53,754 bases of DNA from Campylobacterota bacterium (GTDB lineage: Bacteria; Campylobacterota; Campylobacteria; Campylobacterales; Arcobacteraceae): assembly GCA_034723795.1 (NCBI GenBank), contig JAYEPG010000214.1, forward strand, positions 1 to 53,754, given 5' to 3'. Each line of letters begins with the position of its first letter. Positions within the stretch are counted from its first letter, which is position 1. The position numbers and the translations under genes were made by a program. Below are positions 1-7,583 of this stretch, one piece after another. Below the pieces are notes generated by a model that was given only the letters and a program-made list of their open reading frames with translations, ran no database searches and was not told the origin of the DNA.

Positions 1-117
1 AATAGTAGTATCGATAACCTTTTAAGAGGAGCATCATCACAAGCGGTGGTAAATGCAAATCTTATGTGTGGATATGAAGCAAATACAGGGATAAATAAAA
101 TAGCTTATGTACCTTAA
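1..117 (+). CDS. argC: N-acetyl-gamma-glutamyl-phosphate reductase, C-terminal end (partial)
   Basis: Frame 1 translates to NSSIDNLLRGASSQAVVNANLMCGYEANTGINKIAYVP*, matching the ArgC C-terminal IDNL.GA.QAV.N.N motif. Confidence 0.9.
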   Translation, partial: NSSIDNLLRGASSQAVVNANLMCGYEANTGINKIAYVP

Positions 118-136
118 TGGGTATATAGGTATATCT

Positions 137-169
137 CAAAAGAGTATGGGTCTTCCCATAACTCTTTTG
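137..169. terminator. Hairpin, probable bidirectional intrinsic terminator between argC and yoeB
   Basis: CAAAAGAGTATGGG-TCTT-CCCATAACTCTTTTG, between convergent genes. Confidence 0.7.
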
Positions 170-240
170 CTTCATCAAAACTAATATTATGTTTTGATTT
201 ATTAATTTTACACTTGTTACTCTTCCTAGGTTTTGTTATC

Positions 241-510
241 TTATTCTCCGTAATGTGACCACATTCTAGAGATTCTTACAACTTTATCTATTTCTCTTAC
301 TTCATATACAATTCTATGTTTAATATTTATTCTTCTTGAATATGAGCCATTTAAATTACCAACTAACTTTTCATAAGGTGGTGGATTTTGAAATGGATTT
401 TTTCTAATAATTTCAATTAATTCTTTAGCTTTTATTGCTAAATTGGCACTTGATAGTTTTTTTGCATCTTTCAATGCTAATTTACTGTAAAGAATTTTAT
501 ATTCTACCAT
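241..510 (-). CDS. yoeB: Txe/YoeB family toxin
   Basis: 89 aa with NPFQNPPPYEKLVGNLNGSYSRRINIKHRIVY; overlaps the end of the antitoxin. Confidence 0.9.
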   Translation of the reverse strand: MVEYKILYSKLALKDAKKLSSANLAIKAKELIEIIRKNPFQNPPPYEKLVGNLNGSYSRRINIKHRIVYEVREIDKVVRISRMWSHYGE

Positions 511-749
511 TCAATATTTTCACTAAATTCACTATCTGGTGCATTCATTGAATCTTGTATTGAAGATACCATATTTGGTATAGAATTTAAATATAATGTT
601 TCTTCTATAGCATTCCAATCTTCTTGTGAAAGCATTACAACATTATTTCTTTTTCCAGTAATTAATATTGGCTCATGAGTTTGTGCCGTTTCATCCATCA
701 CATTATAAATATTTGCTCTAACTTGACTTACTGACATAACTTTTGTCAT
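504..749 (-). CDS. yefM: Phd/YefM family antitoxin
   Basis: HEPILITGKRNNVVMLSQEDWNAIEETLYL is typical of YefM; lies upstream of yoeB. Confidence 0.9.
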   Translation of the reverse strand: MTKVMSVSQVRANIYNVMDETAQTHEPILITGKRNNVVMLSQEDWNAIEETLYLNSIPNMVSSIQDSMNAPDSEFSENIEW

Positions 750-775
750 AGGTAACCTTTTAGTTTCTTTTTCAT

Positions 776-804
776 ATTGTACTAAATGTCGTACGCTTTG
801 TCAA
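776..804 (-). promoter_or_regulatory. sigma70 promoter of yefM-yoeB with overlapping GTAC operator cores
   Basis: Minus strand TTGACA (804-799), 17 nt, TACAAT (781-776); GTAC cores at 779-782 and 791-794 resemble YefM operators. Confidence 0.7.
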
Positions 805-857
805 GAGGTAACAATTTAATAATAGACACATTGTACAGAATATAGTATCCATTTACA

Positions 858-888
858 AATAGAAGGACAAATTCAATGTCCTTCTATT
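858..888. terminator. Inverted repeat, probable terminator of the hydrolase gene
   Basis: AATAGAAGGACA-N7-TGTCCTTCTATT, perfect 12-bp stem. Confidence 0.65.
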
Positions 889-925
889 GAGATATTTATC
901 TTGCTACTTTATCTTTACTTATAAA

Positions 926-1642
926 CTAGTTTATACCAACCTGCATATATCTTCTCATTTTTTTAATCTCTTTTAGGTCTAACTCTTTAGTTAGAACCTC
1001 TTTTGAGTCATCTCTATATTCATCTCCAAAAGGTGAAATGATACCACTGCTTTTTGCCATATCGTCATTTGCACTATCTGATGCTATCACGAAGCATTGG
1101 TTCATTACTGCTAAAGCACGTGTAAGAGTTTCGAAGTTTTGTTTACGTAAACTTCCCCACATAGCTGGTATGATAACTAAATCAGCACCTTGTATCTTTT
1201 TCCAAAGGTCAATAAATCTTAATTCAAAGCAGATTAAACAAGCAACTTTTAAATCACCAACTTTAACAATTTTTATATCATCTTCATTTCCAGTTGTGAA
1301 ATATACCCGCTCATCATTTAAAACAAAAAGTTTATTTTTTGATTGGGTATGTACTATTTTGCCCTCATGGAATATAAATAAAGTATTTAGATAGTTATCA
1401 CCATCTTTAGTTGTCATTGTTAAAGATATAGTTTTATTAATACTTAGTCTTTCTAGTTCAACAAGAGCTTTATTTGTAATACTTACAGCATCTTCAAGTC
1501 TATAATAGGCATATCCATTTAAACAAAGTTCAGGTGCTACTATAAATGAGTTTGTTGGTTGTATATATATTAGTTCAATAAGCTTTGATAGGTTTGATTC
1601 AAAATCATCTGATGTTGTTAATTGAAGTGATATTAAATTCAT
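926..1642 (-). CDS. Carbon-nitrogen hydrolase (nitrilase/omega-amidase family)
   Basis: Glu-Lys-Cys triad motifs VAPEL, QSKNKLF and ICFELRF. Confidence 0.9.
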   Translation of the reverse strand: MNLISLQLTTSDDFESNLSKLIELIYIQPTNSFIVAPELCLNGYAYYRLEDAVSITNKALVELERLSINKTISLTMTTKDGDNYLNTLFIFHEGKIVHTQSKNKLFVLNDERVYFTTGNEDDIKIVKVGDLKVACLICFELRFIDLWKKIQGADLVIIPAMWGSLRKQNFETLTRALAVMNQCFVIASDSANDDMAKSSGIISPFGDEYRDDSKEVLTKELDLKEIKKMRRYMQVGIN

Positions 1643-1646
1643 TTTA

Positions 1647-2111
1647 TTATAATAAATCTTTATTTTTTTTGTTCATTGTAAATGCATTCATCGATCTGGC
1701 TTCTTGTTGTGTATTTTTATTTTCTATATTTTCTGGTTCATCTAAAAACTTATCTACTGTAGCAACAGGGTTTAAAAATAAAATAGACTCTTCAATAATA
1801 ATTTGGAATATTGCAAATAAAGGTATAGTTACAACAGCACCAAAATTTTCAGCACCAAATCCAGCTTCAAAACTAATATGCGTTGGTGTTAATTCTATAG
1901 ATGTAAATGTATAGTTCATCAAAGAAAACATTGTAAACTGTTGAAATGAGTTTGAAATTGATTCAGGTATTTCAGGTGAAAATTCAATCACTTTAATATT
2001 TGCTGTTATTGAAAACTCTTCATCATTTTCAATTAAATATTTACATAGTTCAAATATTTGCCCCTCTACCATATCTTTATAGTTTTCATCTTCTATAATA
2101 TCTATTATCAT
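1647..2111 (-). CDS. Conserved hypothetical protein, possibly SspB-like
   Basis: 154 aa with RBS AGGAG; ISFEAGFG...VVTIPLFAIFQI resembles the SspB core. Confidence 0.6.
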   Translation of the reverse strand: MIIDIIEDENYKDMVEGQIFELCKYLIENDEEFSITANIKVIEFSPEIPESISNSFQQFTMFSLMNYTFTSIELTPTHISFEAGFGAENFGAVVTIPLFAIFQIIIEESILFLNPVATVDKFLDEPENIENKNTQQEARSMNAFTMNKKNKDLL

Positions 2112-2149
2112 AATATCTCCTCTTTTTATATAATCTTTAATAAGCTTTT

Positions 2150-2674
2150 TTAGCTAGCTTCTAAAATCTCTTTTGCACCTGTTACTTTAATAGTTTTATT
2201 TTCTATATTAACATCAATTACATATTGGTCAAGATAAGGTAGTAAAAATATATTTGCAAACTTTTTCTCTTGTAACTCTTTTGTTGTAACAACTTGTATA
2301 TAGTCACTCAACGGCATTCTTTGAACATCATCAACTTTACCCAAAATTTCATCATTTTCTATAACATCACAACCTATTATATCAAACCAAAAAAACTGTT
2401 TTTTTTCTAATTTACACATATCTCTTGTATCTTCTTTTGAAACAAAAAGTTGTCTATTAGTAAGTTTTTTTGCTTGTTCAACTGTATCAATACCAACAAA
2501 TTTAACTGTGTCATTTTTAGAATTATAACTCTCAATTGTAAGTTCTTGATTTTTATCAGTTGTAAGTGTAGTGTTTTTTTTGAATTGTTCTGGAAAATCA
2601 GAATCAATATGTAGTTTTTGTTGACCTTTAAGACCAACAGCTTTACCTAGTTTTGCAACGTAAATTTTATCCAT
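2150..2674 (-). CDS. rimM: Ribosome maturation factor RimM
   Basis: VAKLGKAVGLKG, FFWFDIIGCDV, PRC-barrel C-terminus; follows rpsP-khpA. Confidence 0.95.
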   Translation of the reverse strand: MDKIYVAKLGKAVGLKGQQKLHIDSDFPEQFKKNTTLTTDKNQELTIESYNSKNDTVKFVGIDTVEQAKKLTNRQLFVSKEDTRDMCKLEKKQFFWFDIIGCDVIENDEILGKVDDVQRMPLSDYIQVVTTKELQEKKFANIFLLPYLDQYVIDVNIENKTIKVTGAKEILEAS

Positions 2675-2744
2675 AAATTTTTATCTCCTGCTTTATAGTA
2701 AAAATCTAATAGAATTAGTTCTTTACTATAATGCTTTAGTTTCT

Positions 2745-2772
2745 AAAAAAGGGTAAATGTTTACCCTTTTTT
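2745..2772. terminator. Terminator-like hairpin between khpA and rimM
   Basis: AAAAAAGGGTAA-ATGT-TTACCCTTTTTT, U-tract on both strands. Confidence 0.7.
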
Positions 2773-2782
2773 AAGAAATAAT

Positions 2783-3022
2783 CTATTTTGCTAAGACTTG
2801 GATTTTATAAGAGATACCATCTTTTGCTTTACAACCATTTAGAATAGTTTTAATAGCATTGATCATATTTCCATTTTTACCAATTAGTTTCCCTATATCA
2901 CTATCATTTGCATTGATAACAATCTCGAAGAAAGTAGGGTCGATCTCATTGATATGAACCTCTATATCTTCAGGATGATTAACAATCATTTTAGTATAAG
3001 TAGAAACAAAATCTAAAATCAT
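2783..3022 (-). CDS. khpA: KH-domain RNA-binding protein
   Basis: DIGKLIGKNG GxxG loop; lies between rpsP and rimM. Confidence 0.9.
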   Translation of the reverse strand: MILDFVSTYTKMIVNHPEDIEVHINEIDPTFFEIVINANDSDIGKLIGKNGNMINAIKTILNGCKAKDGISYKIQVLAK

Positions 3023-3027
3023 AATAA

Positions 3028-3258
3028 TTATTTTTTAGCTGTAAGCTTTGCAACTTTTTCTGAAGGTTGAGCACCAACGCTTAACCAGTAGTCAAGTCTC
3101 TCTTGATCAAATTTTAACTCTTTTGGATTAGATACTGGGTTGTAGTATCCAATTGATTCGATCCAACCTGAATCTCTTCTTTTTCTGCTATCTGTTACAA
3201 CGATTCTGTAAAATGGTTTCTTGTTTCTTCCCATTCTTGTAAGTCTAATTACTGTCAT
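3028..3258 (-). CDS. rpsP: 30S ribosomal protein S16
   Basis: [28 protein letters not shown]. Confidence 0.99.
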   Translation of the reverse strand: MTVIRLTRMGRNKKPFYRIVVTDSRKRRDSGWIESIGYYNPVSNPKELKFDQERLDYWLSVGAQPSEKVAKLTAKK

Positions 3259-3297
3259 GTTTATTCCTTTTTTATTTTGTTTTTCTGTTTAACTTTA

Positions 3298-3366
3298 CTT
3301 GTTCCCAAGCTCTGCTTGGGAATACATACTTTTATATGCATTCCCAAGCAGAGCCTGAGGAACGAG
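3298..3366. repeat. REPIN-like element: two inverted GC-rich palindromic units
   Basis: CTTGTTCCCAAGCTCTGCTTGGGAATACATA-N6-TATGCATTCCCAAGCAGAGCCTGAGGAACGAG; the arms are mutually inverted and each is internally palindromic. Confidence 0.7.
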
Positions 3367-3368
3367 TT

Positions 3369-4715
3369 TTATCTTGGTATTTGACCTTGTGGCATTTGAG
3401 ACATCATCCTTTGCATATCTTTCATTCCACCTTTTCCAGCCATTTTTTTAGCCATTTTTGCTGCATTTTTAAATTGTTTAAGTATTTTATTTACTTGAAC
3501 TTCAGAAAGTCCAGCACCCTTAGCAAGTCTTCTTTTTCTTGAAAGGTTTATGATACTTGGTGTCTCTTTCTCTTTTGGAGTCATAGAACTAATTAAAGCT
3601 TTAATTCTAATAATTTCTCCAGAACTTTCAAGATCCATATCTTTTAATTGGTTTGCCATATTACCCATACCTGGAATCATACCAAGTAAAGATTTCATTG
3701 AACCAAGCTTTTTCATCATATCTAGTTGTTCTAAAAAGTCATTAAAGTTAAATTCACCTTTTTTGATTTTTTTAGTAACCTCTTTGGCTTTTTTCTCATC
3801 AATAACAGCAGATGCTTTTTCTGCTAAACCTTCAACATCACCAGCACCCATAAGTCTAGAAACAATTCTATCAGGGATAAATGGCTCAATATCTGGCATC
3901 TTTTCACCAATACCGATAAATCTTAATGGTACTTGTACTTGATGAGCAATTGATATAGCAACCCCACCTTTAGTATCACCATCAAATTTAGATAAGATAA
4001 CACCATCTATACCTATTTGGTTTTTAAAGCTTGTTGCTGTTTTCGTTGCATCATGACCTGTTAATGAATCTGCTACATAAAAAATCTCATCAGGTGTAAC
4101 TGCATCTTTTACATCTTTTAGTTCACCCATTAACTCTTCATCAATTGCTAAACGACCAGCTGTATCAATGAAAAGTACATCATATAGTTCATCTTGAGCT
4201 TTTTTCTTTGCAGCTTGAGCAATTTTTACTGGATTTTTTTCATTTTCATCAAAATAAACATCAACCTCTATTTGAGCACCAATTTGTTTAAGTTGTTCAA
4301 CCGCTGCTAGTCTTTGTAAATCGGCAGCTGCAACTAAAACTTTTTTGTTTCTCATTTTTAAATAGTTTGCAAGTTTTCCAGTTGTAGTTGTTTTACCACT
4401 ACCTTGAAGTCCTGTCATTAAAATAGTTGTTAATGATGAGTTATTACTATAAACAAAACCTTGGTTTCCAGTAGTTGTAAGTATATCTGTTAGAGTAGTT
4501 TGAAGTGCTTTTAAAAATGAATCTTGACCGATACCATTTTGTTTTGTTAATAACTCAACTTTTGTTACTAACTCTTTTGTTGTTTTATGATGAACATCAG
4601 ATTTTAATAAAGATTTTTTTAACTCTGTAACCGCTTTTTTTAAAGCTGCTGCATCATCTTTAAATCTAATTTTTCCAACAACACTTTTAAATGAATCTGT
4701 TAAAACATCAAACAC
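3369..4715 (-). CDS. ffh: Signal recognition particle protein Ffh
   Basis: GLQGSGKTT, DTAGRL, KFDGDTKGG, Met-rich M domain; GTG start. Confidence 0.99.
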   Translation of the reverse strand: MFDVLTDSFKSVVGKIRFKDDAAALKKAVTELKKSLLKSDVHHKTTKELVTKVELLTKQNGIGQDSFLKALQTTLTDILTTTGNQGFVYSNNSSLTTILMTGLQGSGKTTTTGKLANYLKMRNKKVLVAAADLQRLAAVEQLKQIGAQIEVDVYFDENEKNPVKIAQAAKKKAQDELYDVLFIDTAGRLAIDEELMGELKDVKDAVTPDEIFYVADSLTGHDATKTATSFKNQIGIDGVILSKFDGDTKGGVAISIAHQVQVPLRFIGIGEKMPDIEPFIPDRIVSRLMGAGDVEGLAEKASAVIDEKKAKEVTKKIKKGEFNFNDFLEQLDMMKKLGSMKSLLGMIPGMGNMANQLKDMDLESSGEIIRIKALISSMTPKEKETPSIINLSRKRRLAKGAGLSEVQVNKILKQFKNAAKMAKKMAGKGGMKDMQRMMSQMPQGQIPR

Positions 4716-4869
4716 TTTGAACTCCCTATATTTTTTAAGTTGTGGATTATATAGAAAGTATAATTAAATATTGCTTAAATGGATATGGCTATAATAATTG
4801 ATAAATACGATAGTTAAGGTAAATAGCTTATTTATTGAGTGTCATAATTAAGTTTAATTTAATAAAAGA

Positions 4870-4899
4870 AAGGAATAAAATATTAATATTTTATTCCTT
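4870..4899. terminator. Perfect 30-bp palindrome downstream of the beta-barrel gene
   Basis: AAGGAATAAAATATT|AATATTTTATTCCTT. Confidence 0.6.
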
Positions 4900-4917
4900 A
4901 AGAGTGTAAGATTAAGT

Positions 4918-5430
4918 TTAGTATTTGAATACTAAACTTAAATTTGTAGTTTTTATATCATATTTTAAATCTTGATTACTTAAATCAAAGTTTTTATAGC
5001 CTGCATCAATACTAAAGTTTTTATTTATCTCATACTGTATACCTACACCAGAAGATAGACCAGTAGCATAAGCTGAACTACCCAAAGCTTGAAAACCATA
5101 CCCAATAGTTGCGTAAGCAATAGTGTCAGGTAGTATTTCATATCCTAAGTTATAGTATATATTTCCTAAATTTCCTTTTTCTTCATTATAGCTGTTATTT
5201 TCACCTAAAAAATCAATTGTAAAACCTATTGATTGTTTATATGTATCTCCAAAGTAAGCACCATAACCTACACTTACACCACTTGTAGATACTCCACCTG
5301 AACTTGCACTTGTGTATCCAGCAGTAAGAGCACCTTGTCCTGCATAAGAATTGCTACTTATTGTTGCTAATAATACTCCAGAAAGCATTAACTTTTTACT
5401 TAGTGTTAGAATCTTATTTTTATTTTTCAT
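4918..5430 (-). CDS. Small outer-membrane beta-barrel protein (OmpA-like transmembrane domain)
   Basis: Signal peptide ending SYA; Gly/Tyr-rich alternating strands (GVGIQYEINKNFSIDAGY); C-terminal aromatic signature LVFKY. Confidence 0.8.
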   Translation of the reverse strand: MKNKNKILTLSKKLMLSGVLLATISSNSYAGQGALTAGYTSASSGGVSTSGVSVGYGAYFGDTYKQSIGFTIDFLGENNSYNEEKGNLGNIYYNLGYEILPDTIAYATIGYGFQALGSSAYATGLSSGVGIQYEINKNFSIDAGYKNFDLSNQDLKYDIKTTNLSLVFKY

Positions 5431-5460
5431 TTTATATTTCCTTTTTTAATTTGTATTGTT

Positions 5461-5494
5461 ATTATATGTAAACCAAACGAATACATTGGTTCGT
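5461..5494 (-). promoter_or_regulatory. 18-bp palindromic box (copy 1) plus -10 element
   Basis: Minus strand ACGAACCAATGTATTCGT-N10-TATAAT. Confidence 0.75.
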
Positions 5495-5503
5495 GAAATT
5501 AAT

Positions 5504-5821
5504 TTATCTAAATCTATATCCTAATTTTTTAGCACATCCACTCATAAATATATTTTCATATGATGAACCATAAAATCTCTTATCTTTTTTTAACGCCTTA
5601 TGACATATATCGTAAATCTTATCATTTGATAAACTTGGAAATGCTTTTTTACTTCTTCCTGTAGCTTCCATTAGATAAACTAGTCCACTTCCTTCACCAG
5701 CACCTTGAGCAGTTGATTTACAGTAGCTTTTCTCTCCATAGCTCATACCATAACTACTTGAACAGTTTACAGCATATGCACTAGTTGTGATTAATAATAT
5801 TGCGATTATTTTTTTATACAT
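5504..5821 (-). CDS. Small secreted hypothetical protein with four Cys
   Basis: Signal peptide ending AYA; RBS AAGGA; no family recognised. Confidence 0.75.
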   Translation of the reverse strand: MYKKIIAILLITTSAYAVNCSSSYGMSYGEKSYCKSTAQGAGEGSGLVYLMEATGRSKKAFPSLSNDKIYDICHKALKKDKRFYGSSYENIFMSGCAKKLGYRFR

Positions 5822-5849
5822 TTCTTATCCTTTTTTGTTTTGGATTGGA

Positions 5850-5883
5850 AGTATATGGTAGTGGAACGAATACATTAGTTCGT
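5850..5883 (-). promoter_or_regulatory. 18-bp palindromic box (copy 2) plus -10 element
   Basis: Minus strand ACGAACTAATGTATTCGT-N10-TATACT. Confidence 0.75.
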
Positions 5884-5907
5884 ATATTGTATTTTAATTA
5901 AAAGTAT

Positions 5908-7128
5908 TTATTTGTTATTTTTATAAAAAGATTTAAATATATCATCAGTATAATTTTTTGGTAGCTCTACATCTTTTGCATAATCTTTAAATCTACTAAC
6001 TGTATCTTTTATCTCTTCAATTATATATTTGCTATTTTTAATATTGTGTTTTTGTGCTAGTTTATTTAGTTCAAGAAGTGTGGGATTTTTACCATTTCCT
6101 AAATATGTTGTACTATGTTCACCACCTGGTCCATATGAAAAAGTTAAATCATAAGCAGGTGAAAGTTTCCAATTATTTTTAGAATCAAGTAGATATGAAA
6201 AGTTTTTACCATGATCATCTCTATTATGAGTAAAAAGATTAAATGCCGCTAACCTAAACATCTTTTCACACTCCTTTATATCTTTGGTAAGATGTAAAGT
6301 AAGAGATAGAAGATCATCATAATCCAAAGTTGGCATTCTAAAATTACTATGCACTAAAGCAGCAGCACTATGAATATGCACTCTTTCATCTTTAATTCTA
6401 TCAAATCTTTTTATAGCAAAATAGCTATTTTCTTTCCCTTTTAAAAGCTTTGTAGTTGGTATATCTATATTTGCATCTTTTGCCATCAAAGAGTAAATAT
6501 ACTCAAGTTTACCAATATTTGGATTGTCTAGTGAACTTGGGAACTTTACAATATAATGCTCATAACCATTTTGAAGTATTTGACTTCCATGAATTATATT
6601 GTCATCTTTATCTATTTGTATCATAGCTTTTGGTCTAGCACCAGCACTTGAACCACCAATTGCCAAAAGAGTATCAAGTAACTCTTGACTTGTACCTTTT
6701 AAAATATTTTGAGAAGATATTGCTAAATCATCTAATATAATAGTTTCATCGGTTAAGTGTATATTTTCAAATATAGGCTCATAACTCAATGCCCCTATTC
6801 CATACTCACCAATATAACTTAATCTATCAAGAGCAGATATATCTCTATGCTGTATCCCTTTACTCATAAGATGTCTATCTAAAAGAAGTTTACCCCAACC
6901 ATCTGGTAAACTATCATCAAACACACCAAACAATCCATCAAAAAAACTCTCTTCACATATATGCACACCACTTTTTAAAGGTAATTTATAAGGGGATAGT
7001 TCAATTTTACTTTTTAAAAATATAGAATCGTATTCAAAATATATTGTTCTATCTTTTAAAAGTAGAGTTCCAACTTTTTGTTTACTTTTACTTTGATTTA
7101 AAAATACAGATACTTTTTGAATACTCAT
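5908..7128 (-). CDS. hipA: HipA family Ser/Thr kinase toxin with N-terminal coupled domain
   Basis: DSLPDGWG, GGSSAGARPKA, IVKFP, KRFDR, NRDDHGKNFS, LSPAYDL. Confidence 0.95.
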   Translation of the reverse strand: MSIQKVSVFLNQSKSKQKVGTLLLKDRTIYFEYDSIFLKSKIELSPYKLPLKSGVHICEESFFDGLFGVFDDSLPDGWGKLLLDRHLMSKGIQHRDISALDRLSYIGEYGIGALSYEPIFENIHLTDETIILDDLAISSQNILKGTSQELLDTLLAIGGSSAGARPKAMIQIDKDDNIIHGSQILQNGYEHYIVKFPSSLDNPNIGKLEYIYSLMAKDANIDIPTTKLLKGKENSYFAIKRFDRIKDERVHIHSAAALVHSNFRMPTLDYDDLLSLTLHLTKDIKECEKMFRLAAFNLFTHNRDDHGKNFSYLLDSKNNWKLSPAYDLTFSYGPGGEHSTTYLGNGKNPTLLELNKLAQKHNIKNSKYIIEEIKDTVSRFKDYAKDVELPKNYTDDIFKSFYKNNK

Positions 7129-7436
7129 TTTATGCTACCTCTTTTTTTGATACTTTTTTCCTTGATTTCTAAATCATCAAGAGTATCTATAGTCTCTTTT
7201 TTTTCAACAGCTATATTTTTAAAATCATCTAAACAATCAAGAACTACACAGAGCTTAAGCAAAGATTCCAAAGATATAAAACCACTACTTTCAAATCTTT
7301 TTAAACTTCCCAAGCTTACACCACTTTTATTACTAAGTCCCTCTTGTGTTAAGTCTAATAGTAGTCTTTTTTGTTTAAAATTAGTTTTTAACTGCTCCAT
7401 TATTGTTGATGGGGTTGAGATATTTATATCTAACAT
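7125..7436 (-). CDS. hipB: XRE-family HTH antitoxin (HipB-like)
   Basis: LTQEGLSNKSGVSLGSLKRFESSG HTH; 4-nt overlap with hipA. Confidence 0.85.
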   Translation of the reverse strand: MLDINISTPSTIMEQLKTNFKQKRLLLDLTQEGLSNKSGVSLGSLKRFESSGFISLESLLKLCVVLDCLDDFKNIAVEKKETIDTLDDLEIKEKSIKKRGSIK

Positions 7437-7515
7437 ATTAGCCCTTATATGAATTATAGATATATTATAGCTAATATATTATTTGTTAATAATAAAAAAT
7501 TATTAAAGAGTAGTA

Positions 7516-7533
7516 GCGAATACATTGTGTCGC
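7516..7533 (-). promoter_or_regulatory. 18-bp palindromic box (copy 3)
   Basis: Minus strand GCGACACAATGTATTCGC, followed after 10 nt by an imperfect TAATAA. Confidence 0.65.
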
Positions 7534-7583
7534 TTTAAATCAAATGATAAATAATAGTTGAGTATATTTATGTGAATTTGTAC

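Noticed and set aside
3336-3542. Plus-strand 68-aa ORF starting in the palindromic repeat
   Set aside because: It is antisense to ffh, has no RBS and starts inside the repeat.
5477-5494. 18-bp box as a LexA SOS box or integron attC
   Set aside because: The Firmicutes box is CGAAC-N4-GTTCG, and the spacing here is longer. There are no attC R-box ends or long bulged stem.
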